DNA from: Nemertoderma westbladi
Taxonomy: Eukaryota > Animalia > Xenacoelomorpha
Assembly (NCBI GenBank): GCA_032718475.1
Contig: JAUCBJ010000341.1
Location: 1-64,000 of the forward strand
Length of the DNA stretch: 64,000 nucleotides
Direction: 5' to 3'
Numbering within the stretch: the stretch's first letter is position 1; the number at the start of each line of letters is the position of its first letter. The position numbers were made by a program, and so were the translations under genes. The notes under the pieces were generated by a model. That model was not told the DNA's origin, did no database searches, and worked only from the letters and a program-made list of their open reading frames with translations. Positions 12,824-25,500 of this stretch are shown piece after piece.

Positions 12824-13959
12824 CCCTTTCCCGACCAGGGATCTAAAATTTAGTGCCCGCCAGTGCTCCAACATTTTAGAAAAAAATATTATTGTAATTT
12901 AGCTGTGCATAACTTCGGTTGTGGTGGACCTACGAACTCAGTTTTTAGTTTTTTAGAATCAACATAGAATTGTGAACATTAATATTATAATTAATAACAA
13001 ATTAATTCACAGCAATTCACAGCTTGTGAGTTTGGTAATTACCAAAACCGCCAGGGCACAATCTTGGTTTATCGTAAAAAATAGCAGAATACCGTAAAAT
13101 AGAACACATACAAATCTGATTTTCTTTAATGTTTTGTTATTTACCCAGCAGACCCGACAACATAATCGTAAATAAAATAGTGCAACATTGTTGTATACCG
13201 ATATCGAGATGTAATTTTATCCAAAATGATCAGTTTATACTCTCTCGTGATGAACAGTGGGTGTTTGTAGGCTTCCAGTTGTATCGATAACATCACTGCA
13301 ACCAACCGTCAGACTGCAGTGTCATCAGAGTCTTCTTGCGCATATGCAATATCACGCCGCCCCAGTCCCAGCAGGTCTCATATATAGATATATAACAAAT
13401 CAGTAGGCCCTACCAGTATCACTGTCAGATTCTCTATCGGAATCGGAACCAGCAATCTCCAATCTCGGAATCATCATTCTCCCTCACTGTTATCGTTTTA
13501 TCCCTGCATGCTTTATTCCGTCATTGTTTGATTGTCGGTGTCGTAATCATCATCCTCATTCTCGATCTCGTAGCCCGCTCCTTGGCGGATTCCGCTAGTC
13601 TCGGTACAAACTTGACACTTTACATGAAGTGCGCAGCTAGACATTACAGCAGTATGCAGTAATAGTGCCTTACTTTTGTAGCTGTACTTGTATTGTTGAG
13701 CTGTACTGCTGTAGCAGTGCCGTAATTCCGCATTTTCAAATTTATGTTGCTAGGGCAGACTGGTCTGGTAGGCCTACTACAGTACTATAAAATTATATTT
13801 TTTTTACTTATTAACTGCTCCAGTTGCCTATAAAACACACCAGTTTGTGTTCCAACGTCATAGGAATGCCTAAATGTCAGTATAAAACCCATGGACTACC
13901 ATGTAGTCCATGGAACAGTCCCTGCATGTACTACCATGTAGTCCATGGTCGGGAAAGGG
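12824..13959. mobile_element. piggyBac-like non-autonomous DNA transposon
   Basis: TTAA|CCCTTTCCCGACCA ... TGGTCGGGAAAGGG|TTTTAA; internal D/E/S-rich coding-like remnant on the minus strand (~13420-13570). Confidence 0.7.
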
Positions 13960-15335
13960 TTTTAAACAAATGTTGTAAGATCTCGGTAGTGACCGAGAAT
14001 AGCCAACAATTCCGTGAACCACCTTGAAGACAGTATAAACACACGTAGCTGATCATTGTAGATCCATCGGTAGTAGATTAACTGATTAGTTTGTGCAACA
14101 TATTGTTCTATGCCACCCGGCTGGAAAGAGAAATATGTATAGGCCAGTCATTGGCATTCTTAAAAAGTCTGCTAAAAGTCAATGGTTTTGAAAATATTCA
14201 GATGAATTTATGAGTTATAGGTCATGATGTTTCTGTTTCATTTATCTGTCATGATGTTTCATTGCGTTCATGGTGCGGTTGCGGTTGCGGCGATCCTGTA
14301 TTGCTTCCTAACGGTGTGGCCGATCTATAATGTATGTTTTCCGATAATTATTGTTTATTATAATTGCACACATACACAGACAAACTCGTCCACTGGTAGT
14401 TAGCTCGGCGTACGCTGACTCGTCCCACAATTATCTATGTCTATTATGATTATAAAAAGACAAGAGATCTAGATATCTTTTCAGCCGAATATTTGACATA
14501 TCGAATTTATGTAACTATCAATATGATGTATGGTGACCCCTTAAGAACATTCAATGTTATTTTACGAAATAAGTTGTTTGATTTGACATTATTATCCTAC
14601 ATAAGTGAGACATCTGATTAAATCGTAATAGAATATTATAAATGAGGGTCGGGATAATATGTCGCAGTACAGTATTTATAACCCAGACATATCGGCTCTC
14701 CTGCCAGAAATATTAATCCGGCTAGAATAATATCTACTTTTTTTCTTTGGCATGTATGGGTAAACTCCAGCTCTATTTGAAATCTATTTAAATCTATGTT
14801 TGTAACCTGTGTTTGCCGACCCCAGCAAATCTATGTTTTCTCTAGGTTTATGCAGGGTGATGCTTGATTGCCACAACGGGATGGAAGTATCGCTTTGACA
14901 ATATGGCATCAAACATCGGCCTTTAGGATGTATCGCCGGCGCCCTCTAGAACGCATCGCCTCCTTACTCACGATCGGCCCTAACTCCCCGACTCATCTGC
15001 ATTATCATGTCCAGTGACTTTCAGAAGATGTTTTATGTCAATTATTGCTGGCATTCTATGTTTACTCTCAACAGCCAGCTGTCATAGAATTATAATACAA
15101 ACGCTGATCTGTTCTACGGTAGCAGTTGCTCATCCGTCGTTCCTGCAGGGTGGTACTTGGTTTTGGAAACATGATTAGATATCAGATTGTACAATGCCTT
15201 TTTTGTTAAGTGAACATTGTATATTATGCCATGAATACTGCGTAGCAACCTGTTGTATGTGGGGCGAGCCACGAAGTTGGCGGAGCCTTAGCGAATTGAC
15301 ACTGTTAGGGGGTGGGTCAATTTATGCAAATAGTT

Positions 15336-15356
15336 GTCGTCGTCGTCGTCGTCGTT

Positions 15357-15404
<48 letters not shown>

Positions 15405-15445
15405 GTCGTCGTCGTCGTCGTTGTCGTCGTCGTCGTCGTCGTCGT
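15336..15445. repeat. (GTC)n microsatellite
   Basis: Direct reading. Confidence 0.95.
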
Positions 15446-16450
15446 TACGATTTTGACATGCTAATAACTTTGTCGGGTTTAAAGCTGCCAAGTTGAAAAT
15501 TTGTAGGTATCAATATGAGCAAAAGTTGAGATTTTTGAGAGACTTTCAGACACCATCAGTGCAATGGTCTCCCGCTAGAGGGCCACATGTCTAAACATTA
15601 AATGCCCTCCCATTTCTTTGCTTTTAATCCGTTTAAGCTGAAACTTGGCAGATATGTATTAGACCATTAGCTGTGACTTTCAAAGGAGGCGAATCCATCT
15701 GCAGTTCTCCAGTCTGCCGCTAGAGGGCCAAAGGTCTGAAAGTGAAATCGTTGTCGTCGTTACGATTTTGACATGCTAATAACTTTGTCGGATTTAAAGC
15801 TGCCAAGTTGAAAATTTGTAGGTATCAATATGAGCAAAAGTTGAGATTTTTGAGAGACTTTCAGACACCATCAGTGCAATGGTCTCCCGCTAGAGGGCCA
15901 CATGTCTAAACATTAAATGCCCTCCCATTTCTTTGCTTTTAATCCGTTTAAGCTGAAACTTGGCAGATATGTATTAGACCATTAGCTGTGACTTTCAAAG
16001 GAGGCGAATCCATCTGCAGTTCTCCAGTCTGCCGCTAGAGGGCCAAAGGTCTGAAAGTGAAATCGTTGTCGTCGTTACGATTTTGACATGCTAATAACTT
16101 TGTCGGATTTAAAGCTGCCAAGTTGAAAATTTGTAGGTATCAATATGAGCTAAAGTTGAGATTTTTGAGAGACTTTCAGACACCATCAGTGCAATGGTCT
16201 CCCGCTAGAGGGCCACATGTCTAAACATTAAATGCCCTCCCATTTCTTTGCTTTTAATCCGTTTAAGCTGAAACTTGGCAGATATGTATTAGACCATTAG
16301 CTGTGACTTTCAAAGGAGGCGAATCCATCTGCAGTTCTCCAGTCTGCCGCTAGAGGGCCAAATGTCTGAAAGTGAAATCGTTGTCGTCGTTATGATATTG
16401 ACATGCTTATAACTTTGTCGAATTTAAAGCTGCCAAGTTGAAAATTTGTT
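15437..16450. repeat. 315-bp tandem repeat, ~3.2 copies
   Basis: CGTTA(C/T)GAT at 15443, 15758, 16073 and 16388. Confidence 0.92.
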
Positions 16451-17334
16451 TTGTTGAAAATCAGTTCAACAGTCACCCGCTATAGGACTACTTTATGCCT
16501 GAAAGTGAATAGATTCTCCCGTCTCATTGATTTTAATCAGTTTAAGCTGAATCTTGCCATATATTCTGGACTACATGCTGCGTCTTTGTGGGGGGGGGGG
16601 GGGGGGGGGGGAGATTTAATCGGTCTGCCGCTATACGACGAAATTTCTGAAAGTGAGATCCGTCTCTCATTTCGTTATCCGTTATTCAAGATGAAACTTG
16701 GCCGATGTACGTATGTACTATTCATCCATAGGCTGTGTCTTTGTGGGGCTGGAGACCCTAATCCATCTTCAGTTCTCACTATGCCGCTAGAGTCAGAAAT
16801 GTCTGAATAGAAATGAAAGAGGTAAAAAGTGATTAGGCGAAATCTGCTTAAAATTTGCTAATACAGTAATACTTTCGAATTAGTACTTAAATTAAATTAA
16901 GTCACGTGCTGCGCGAAGGCCCCACTTCGTGTACCATCAATGTATTGGATGTCTTCTGCATCAAGAGCCCATAATTAGGACTGCAATTATATCGTACTGT
17001 ATTGGTGGTTTTCCTCTTCGTATAGGCCTATTACCACTTGATGGTTGTGCTACAACGCCAACTATATTAGGTTTCTTCTGTTCTAGAGACAAATGTTGTG
17101 GAACCATAAAACTATGAGTGCTGAAAGTGGTCATCATTTTTATCCTATTGATCTGACCAGTCTTGTAGTCAAACTGTCAGCTTTAGTTTAAGTCAAACAA
17201 AGCCGCATATAATAATTGTTTCTGCATCATCGCGTCTCTACTGCACAACAAATTGTGATTGTGTGTTCTAATTGTCTATGTTCTAATTGTGTGTTCTAAT
17301 AAATTTGCGGTAAATGACACGTTCGTAATATATA

Positions 17335-17388
<54 letters not shown>

Positions 17389-17389
<1 letters not shown>

Positions 17390-17612
17390 ATGCACCACGG
17401 AGCAGGCGTTGGAAGGGCTAGATATGACCCCAAAAGCCTGGATGGTCATCCAGTACTCCACCGGTTTCTGGTTGAGGTCTCCTTCAGGCCACCACAGAAA
17501 TCTCAGGCTGTCTCTATCTCTATCCAGCGCCTTGACTTGTAAGAACATTCCTTCTATATCGGAGGCGAACGCGATGGAATATTGTCTTAATCTTAAAAGT
17601 ATTCCCAACAAA
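17389..17612 (-). pseudogene. Inverted, slightly diverged duplicate of the Bel/Pao RT segment ~18857-19078
   Basis: LGILLRLRQYSIAFASDIEGMFLQV...AFGVISSPSNACSVV is nearly identical to the end of ORF 18064-19143. Confidence 0.85.
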
Positions 17613-18062
17613 GACGGACGGACGGACGGACGGACGGACGGACGGACGGACGGACGGACGGACGGACGGACGGACGGACGGACGGACGGACGGACGGACG
17701 GACGGACGGACGGACGGACGGACGGACGGACGGACGGACGGACGGACGGACGGACGGACGGACGGACGGACGGACGGACGGACGGACGGACGGACGGACG
17801 GACGGACGGACGGACGGACGGACGGACGGACGGACGGACGGACGGACGGACGGACGGACGGACGGACGGACGGACGGACGGACGGACGGACGGACGGACG
17901 GACGGACGGACGGACGGACGGACGGACGGACGGACGGACGGACGGACGGACGGACGGACGACGGACGGACGGACGGACGGACGGACGGACGGACGGACGG
18001 ACGGACGGACGGACGGACGGACGGACGGACGGACGGACGGACGGACGGACGGACGGACGGAC
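17613..18062. repeat. (GGAC)n microsatellite, ~450 bp; (TA)n at ~17326-17388
   Basis: Direct reading. Confidence 0.97.
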
Positions 18063-18069
18063 TTTGTAT

Positions 18070-19082
18070 ATTTTTACTTGGTACTTTACTGGCCCTTCCC
18101 ATAGAACTCTCATGGAAAGATTACCGAAAGATCAGGTATATCAAGTAAGAGAATGGGAAGTTGAGAGCAGTGAGTTAGACGATCCAACTGAGGGAACACC
18201 ATACTCCTCAGATAACGACGATATCCACCAACTCTTTGACGAGGAGAATACCATTGATCTCCTTAAGGAAAACGAGACTTGGCAAAACCAAGTGAACTTA
18301 TGTCAGCTCCTTCGTCCATCAGAACGAGACGACTATAACGACGAACTGAATGACGTCATTGAACGTTATAATGCCAAAACTCGGGATGAACACGCCGTAC
18401 GATTCTTTACTCAAGAGGCTGTAGAGCCCAATTCCTACGATAAGGCCCTATCGATAGAAGAAGAAAGAGCCAAGCAGATCCAAGAGACAACTACACGTTT
18501 TCTTAAAGATCAAGGTAGATATGAAATCGGTCTACCTTTCCGAAAGCGAGAACCAAAGTTCATAAACAACAGACCCTTGGCGGAGAAAAGAATCGCTCAA
18601 CTACATCGACGCCTTACGGCAAATTCTTCAGCTAAAGAAATGTATCAAACGCAGTTGAAGAAATTTATTAGCAAGGGATATGCGGAGCGAGTACCGGAAG
18701 AAACACCTATAACTGAGAGAACGTATTATTTAACTCACCATTACGTTCCCAAACCCGGTAAACCCCATGAGGTACGAGTAGTGTTTGACGGCTCCGCCCT
18801 CTACATGGGCCAATCCCTTAATTCCGAATTGTTACCAGGACCTAACTTACTCCAATCCTTGTTGGGAATACTCTTAAAATTACGACAATATTCAATCGCT
18901 TTCGCCTCAGATATAGAAGGCATGTTCTTACAAGTCAAGGCGCTGGATAGGGATCGAGATAGCCTACGATTTCTGTGGTGGCCTGAAGGAGACCTCAACC
19001 AGAAACCGGTGGAGTACTGGATGACCATCCAGGCTTTTGGGATAATCTCAAGCCCTTCAAACGCCTGTTCAGTGGTGCGCAC
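18070..19082 (+). pseudogene. Bel/Pao copy A, pol 5' part (post-protease linker and RT N-half), interrupted by copy B
   Basis: YEIGLPF, YYLTHH, RVVFDGS, SLNSELLPGPNL, ASDIEGMFLQV, FG..SSP are Bel/Pao RT motifs; the frame resumes at 42528 on the minus strand. Confidence 0.9.
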
Positions 19083-20336
19083 TGTAAAAGCTTCTGTGGG
19101 ATGTAACTGGCCCTTTTGCTTCGCAATCCAGTTTCCCCCCTAGGCGCTGGAATACTCTAAAAGGCTCTATAACCATATATATATTCCCCTCGCCCGCAAG
19201 GTACCGTTATAGGTGTTTTAACGGACATAAAAGTCATTCTGCTATATACGTGTTTTGGCGGACATGGTAAGGCAAAAAACCTGCAATGCACCAAATACCT
19301 TTCACAGCTTAGCCGTGATGATTCATATTACGACATCTAACAGCTGGTTGCTGACATGGAAACAGCCATTGGCCACATGGTTCTTTGTTTAGCTTAAGCC
19401 AATCAGAGCGATTTCTTCTGTCGATGTGGAGCTTTCGGCCGATCATACTAGGAGTGTTCAGTCTTACTGTTTTGGTGATACTGTTGTGTTATTGCTATCT
19501 AGGCCAGGAACACCGGCTCTAGAGTCAACTCGGTTTCATACTTTAGAAGAAACATTAGTAGGCTTAAATTATAGAGCGTATAACCGTTATCTTATCTAAT
19601 CATATCAACTGATCGCAATTCAGTTTTACATTATCGGTTCAATATACATTATTATACTGCTATTTACTATTGTTTGGTTGAATATTATTTGGAGAACATT
19701 TATAAAGAACCCAAATTTCCCAATTTTCTTGATACACTACAGGTTAGAGAGACGGGTTATATATAGCGATTGCGACTTATATTATTGTGTATGTAGTGAA
19801 TTTAATGCTATTTGATAAGCACTACATTGGTCCGTTGCTGTTCTCTTTATATATGATAAAAATCATTGACGGTCGGCAAATTAGTGGGCAGTATTGTATG
19901 TTACCGGTAGTGTGCATGATTGTGACTGATAACTAAGCATTTCCTAAAGAATGCGCCTCATACGTGAATCTTAAGCCTTACCGACTTGCCGTTGTGATTA
20001 GTATAAGTCATATCTCTGTTTACCTAGATAGAGCGCCACGTCCTAAAGGAACTGTTAATATTTCCCGAAAGTGAATAATATTAGTCAGAAATTATTTATT
20101 AACGATCAATCGAATAATACAATACAGTAAGCTTACACTGCAATAATAATCTAAGCCCTCAGAATCCAGCCCCCCGGGTATATCCAGCGGGTGAATGGAC
20201 GCGCACTAGGCTGGCTTCTGCTAATGTTGTGTTTATTGGTATTAAATATTTGTCATCTTCTAAAGTCTATTTATAAACCAAAAGACATATAAATTTTGGC
20301 AGGTTAAACTGCTAAAGGTCTTCAAAAGCGCGTACA
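19083..20336 (+). repeat. 5' LTR of copy B (1254 bp)
   Basis: TGTAAAAG...CGCGTACA; matches 32043-32509 plus the reverse complement of 42529-43310. Confidence 0.93.
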
Positions 20337-20384
20337 ATAACGGTTATTGACTTTATTGCAGTAAGCAATAAAGTTGAAAGTACC

Positions 20385-21280
20385 GGTCAACCGGTAAACC
20401 TGAACCGGTACTTCTGTAGGTCAGTAGGCCCAACTGCCAGAACCGGTACTGCTGTAGGTCCGTAGGTCCAACTGTCAGAACCGGTACTTCTGTAGGTCCG
20501 TAGGCCCAACTGTCCTAACCGGTACTTCCAGTATAAGTACATTAGTATTATTCGATTTTGATTATTGTATACCGGTAGGTCTTAGTATTTAATCAGGGAC
20601 TGCAGCCCTGGTTTTTTATTGAGATTTTACTCATTTCTGTCGGTTTTATTTACATGTAAGTTAATATTGAGCTGAAGACGTGTAAGTCTGCTCAGATTGT
20701 TCAGATAATTGTAGGCCGGACTGTTGTTAGATTGTTGTTGAGTTTGGAGAGATTACGGCGTGTGTAGAGTTTGTCCGATAGAGTGCCAGTTAGTAAGTTG
20801 GGGCAGCCATAGCTGTAAGGTCAATCCCCTCTTAAAGAATAAGTCGTACTACCGTGTTAGAACGCATACTAACTAACAATTTTGGAATCTGCACATACTG
20901 TAGTTTATTTAGGCTTGACAGTATTCTGCCAGCGCTTTGGCCTGTGTTTGTTTGTGTGGTCTGTTCAGGTACCGTAATAGTTATTACTCAGATATTTTGT
21001 AGGCTGGATTGTTGTCTAGCTATTATTAGGTCTGAAGAGATTGCTGCTTGTGTAGAGTTTGTCTGATAAAGTGCCAGTTAGTAAGTTGGGGCAGCCATAG
21101 CTGTAAGGTCAATCCCCTCTTAAAGAATAAGTCGTACTACCGTGTTAGAACGCATACTAACTAACCGTTTTGGAATCTGCACATACAGTAGTTTATTTAG
21201 GCTTGGTGGTAGTCTGCCAGCGTTTGGTCTGTATTTTGTTTGAGTATTCTGTACGGGTAGCGTAATATTTATTATTCAGA
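20385..21280 (+). repeat. 5' leader repeats of copy B: 38-bp tandem (~20385-20530) and 288-bp direct duplication (~20690-21280)
   Basis: GAACCGGTAC at 20402, 20440, 20478; GTAGAGTTTGTC at 20764 and 21052. Confidence 0.8.
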
Positions 21281-22569
21281 GTTTATGCGATTATTCGCAA
21301 CATTCATGTCCCCAAGTTTATTCCTACAGTAATTGTGTTTGTTACACATACCGTTATAGTTAAATTAACCCCGGTACTACACGGGCTGCTTGGCGTAGGA
21401 CAAGACTGGTGATTTTGTGCACCGGTCACTCCAGCAGATGCCGTGGTTCTTTTAACTGTTCAAGTATATTTAACTACTGATTATTTGTTGTACCAGTGCT
21501 TGTACCTAATTTAGGGTTTAGTGTACAGTGCTTTCCGAGGTAATTAGTGTGTAGGCAGTATATTTGTGTTGTAAAGTGGTTAATAGGCACGCTGGATCTG
21601 GTAGTCCGCGGTAATTAACTTCTAGGTAGGAACACTCCGTGATATATAACGTAGTACCTATAGCGATACGGTTATAGGTCGTCAGGCGGTGGTATTTTCC
21701 TATCTGGACAGTGCAATATATTTACTACTACTTATTATTTCAAATACCGTAGTACCCTGTCCGTTGTAATAACCAGAATTCTAACCCTTTGTTAGGCTGG
21801 TTTGTAGACTTCCTGTAAAATTACCCTAAAAAATTCGTACGTAATATTTTTGTTGTGTTTAATTAGAGAATTAATCTCACCCGTATCGTAAGTAATTTGT
21901 AGTATTAAGTAACTTAGGTAAATTAGAATTATCTGTTTTAGTGTCAAATAAATAGCACTTCACTGAGAGCGCACAGCTTCTGTGTAGTGACCCCCCAGAA
22001 ATAATAACATTTATTTCAAATATTGACAAAACCCTTTTAAACGGGTATATATATATTATAAATCAACTCAAACGATTTATAAATAGTAGGCCTGCCATAC
22101 AACAACTAGGTCTCAAAATCAGTTGGACTACTGCTTAAATAACGGTAACAAAGTAAGTTAAAGTAACCAAGTAACCCTAAAATATTCAGAAATTCAATTA
22201 TTCTAAAATAATTGACATACCGGTATTTACCATAGGCTTATTATATTTATTTCTATAAATTTGAGCTGAAATCATACCGGTATTCTGTAATTAATTCTAG
22301 TTCATAATTATACTTATATATATTATAAGTGTAAGCTGTATACCGGTATTCACGATAGGCCTATTATATATTTATATATATTTGTGCTAAATTTATATAC
22401 CGGTACTCTGTGACAAAACTAGTTTACAATACTTATATATATTATAAGTGCATACCGGTATTCTAATCTACTGCAATAAATTACTGGTACTAGGCCAACG
22501 GTCATACTGAATTACTAGTCTTGCTTTAACTGTAACTATAGCAGTAAGCATTCAACTGTATAGCTAAAC

Positions 22570-25500
22570 ATGTCTGACACTCAGCAAAACCTGTCAGACA
22601 GTCTAATCGATACAACCATCTGTGACACAGATAGGAGTGTGGAGCGATTAAGAAAGGAGTTCAGCTCACCTCCTACTGAAAGAAAAGTCATCCCTCCAGT
22701 AGTGGTATCGGACCCTAAGCTAATCCAACACCGTAGGTCTATCATCGGCACTCGGGCCCAAGTCAAACGGAACCAGGAAGCAGCTGTCCCACAGCAGCAA
22801 CAGCCTAGTCAAAAAACTTGTTCCCAGCGATCCGATAGCTCCAGTAGTTCGGATACTGTCGAGCTGACCCCCGAACGCGGATTGCAGATGGCAGCTAAAG
22901 CCTACTCGGACCCCCTTCTCACCCTTCCTGCCGCAGTGCTAACTACTATATTGATTGCGGTGGAGGAACATCAAGCCGATTGGGCAAGAAATAAGCGAGC
23001 GACCCAAGATAATTATGCGGGATACGCCAGGGAAGAATTGATGTCTATTGTCGAGTCACAATGGAACTTTCCCGGACCCGGACTCCCGTTAGATCTGTCC
23101 GAGGCTACTTGGGAAGATATACACAGGATGGGAGTGGCTAAAGATACGATGGATCCAGCTGTTTGGAAGAGGTCGGCAGCAGGATATGTGCAGGGATTCT
23201 TCTGCTCCTTAGAGCGATTAGAAGAACAACTGTTTCGACAACCCCAAGGACCTCAAGAGCAGGAAGAACTGCTATATCAAGTACGCGAAAGAACCCTACG
23301 CATTCGACTAATCCTATCAGCTTTTGAGGAAACTTCCAAAAGAAGACAGGACACGTCGCTGCAAGTTGCTGTCAAAACTTGGTTCCAGCGGGTAGGTCTC
23401 CAAGTACAAGAAACAGACCAGTGGAAATCCCAGTTGTCTGAGAGACGAACCTATGATGAACCAACCGATGTCACCCTTCCTCAAGTGGAAGGCGAAGAGA
23501 CCGCAGAGAGACCACGAACGAGAGACGCCATCGACATTTATCTGTCCGACTATCAGCGATTCCTAGGAGACGAAGAGTTGAGGAGACGGCTGTCTGGACT
23601 TTCCCCTAATAGTGAAGGAACCCAGCGTGTGTTAGACTCAATCGATGCTGAGATGTTAGCTGCTAACCAAGCTGAGTTTGATGAAAAACTCCGCCTCACT
23701 AGAGTCCAAGAAGAACAAGTAAAGAAAAGACGGATAGAGGAACAAAAGGCGGCGGCTATGGCAGAAGCAGAAGTAGAAAGAAAGGCAGCGGCGGCAGAAG
23801 CAGAAGCAGAAAGAAAGGCAGCGGCGGCAGAAGCAGAAGCAGAAAGAAAAGCAGAAAAGGCAGCGGCGGCAGAAGCAGAAGCAGAAAGAAAGGCAGCGGC
23901 GGCAGAAGCAGAAGCAGAAAGAAAAGCAGCAAAGGCAGTGGCAGAAGCAGAACGGAGAGCCTCTGAGCAGACTACCCAACTGGAGTTGGAAAATCTGCAA
24001 GAGACGCAAGACAACATAAATAAACAGTTAACTGCTAGTCAAATGCAGATGATGAGACGATCTACTCCCAAACGCCAGGGATACACATCATCGGAGGAAA
24101 GCGAAACCACCGATCCTGAAGGCAGAGGAAATAGATCTCGTCTAAGCAGGCGTAGAAAAACATCTCACCGTCACAAATTGCCTGATTTGCCCCCAGCTGT
24201 TAGAAGACAGCTAGCTAGCACAGACTTAGGCAGTACGGAACCCGCATATCAAACTATTCAGGTCAAAAGACTCCCTACAATAGTTGATGAGCCTGAAATA
24301 ATTAGGCCTGTCGTTCCCAAAGTCACTTCTGTGTTAGAGACCCCTGTACTTCCAGAGCTTAACTCTAAATTCCCTTTACATAGTACTACACTGCCTGTAC
24401 CCGGTAGAACAGTCCAAGAGAATATCCCTGTCCTGATAGCAGAGAGAGAAATCAAAGATTTGTCTCCCGTCGTCCAGCGTCGGCCTGCCACAATGTTGGC
24501 GACTCCCGCTTCGGCGGTCGAGTGGGTAGAGGAGGGACGGCGGGGGATGAATCTCCTGCTCGGACAGATGCAGGAGACTGTCCACCAACTTAAGGGAACA
24601 GTAAGAGCAGAGTTGCAAGAAGTGCAGCAAAGTATTGCGCTAGAACGCGACAAATTAGTCAATATCCAAAAGGGGATACCAATACCCCCTGTAAAATTGT
24701 GTCAACCTGTCAGGTCTGAAGTATTACATGCGCAAGGTGTGGAGCCTACACGCATCTATACTGCTAGTGAAGTAGAAACTCCTATAGCAAACCCTATTAA
24801 GGGTGATTATAGACCTGTTGTTAATGATATTCCCTATAGACCTGATAATGATCCGAGAAATTTATATACCGATAATTCGATATTAAATAACACGATGGCC
24901 CAAGAAAGCTTTACGCGTCAGATGGCTAGAACAGAAGCTTGCCAAGCGGTTAAAGTGGGAGAGATCGTCAAATTCAATGGAGATGAGATGAAATGGTTAC
25001 CTTTCAACGAATATTACAAAGACAGCATACAGAACTCTGTGCTATCTAACGGAGAGAAACTTAGGTTCCTCATCAAGTGCTTGGAAGGACCTCCCAGGTT
25101 AATGGCGTTAAAGTTTATTGGACATCCAGATGGATTAAGACAAGTTTGGGATACATTAAACGTCAGGTATGGTAACAAGGATAACATAGCTAAGTATTTG
25201 TATGCAAAATTAGTAGCCCCCCGACACTTCCTTAGTAGCGGGATTATAGAGTTTTCCGATGAAATTCAGGAGATCTGTAGACAATTGGACTGGTTAGGTA
25301 AGTCTCATGAATATCAGAGTTCAATGGTTATTGGAGCCATAGTCTCTACTTTACCCAAGGGTGGAGTATGTACATGTTGGGACAAGAAAGTGTTGTACAT
25401 GAATGAACAACAACGACGAAGTCCTACCATGGCTGATCTCATGTCCTTCTTAGATGGTGAAGTAAAACTACAACTCATCAAGCAGTCCAGAGAGAAAACA

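Larger units (their letters stand above)
15258..16932 (+). mobile_element. HINE/DINE-1-like (Helentron-associated) non-autonomous element, copy 1
   Basis: Starts TGTGGGGCGAGCCACGAAG; (GTC)n microsatellite; central 315-bp tandem array; ends CGTGCTGCGCGAAGGCCCCAC-N4-TGT. Same ends at 36639-38215; same 3' end at 47456-47484. Confidence 0.65.

Noticed and set aside
15194-15496. Poly-Arg and poly-Asp ORFs
   Set aside because: Translations of the (GTC)n microsatellite.
17409-18113. ORFs with DGRT/VRPS repeats
   Set aside because: Translations of the (GGAC)n microsatellite.
23553-24662. Antisense ORFs over gag (also over pol and pPolB)
   Set aside because: Shadows of the coding strand or of its repeats; no independent motifs.
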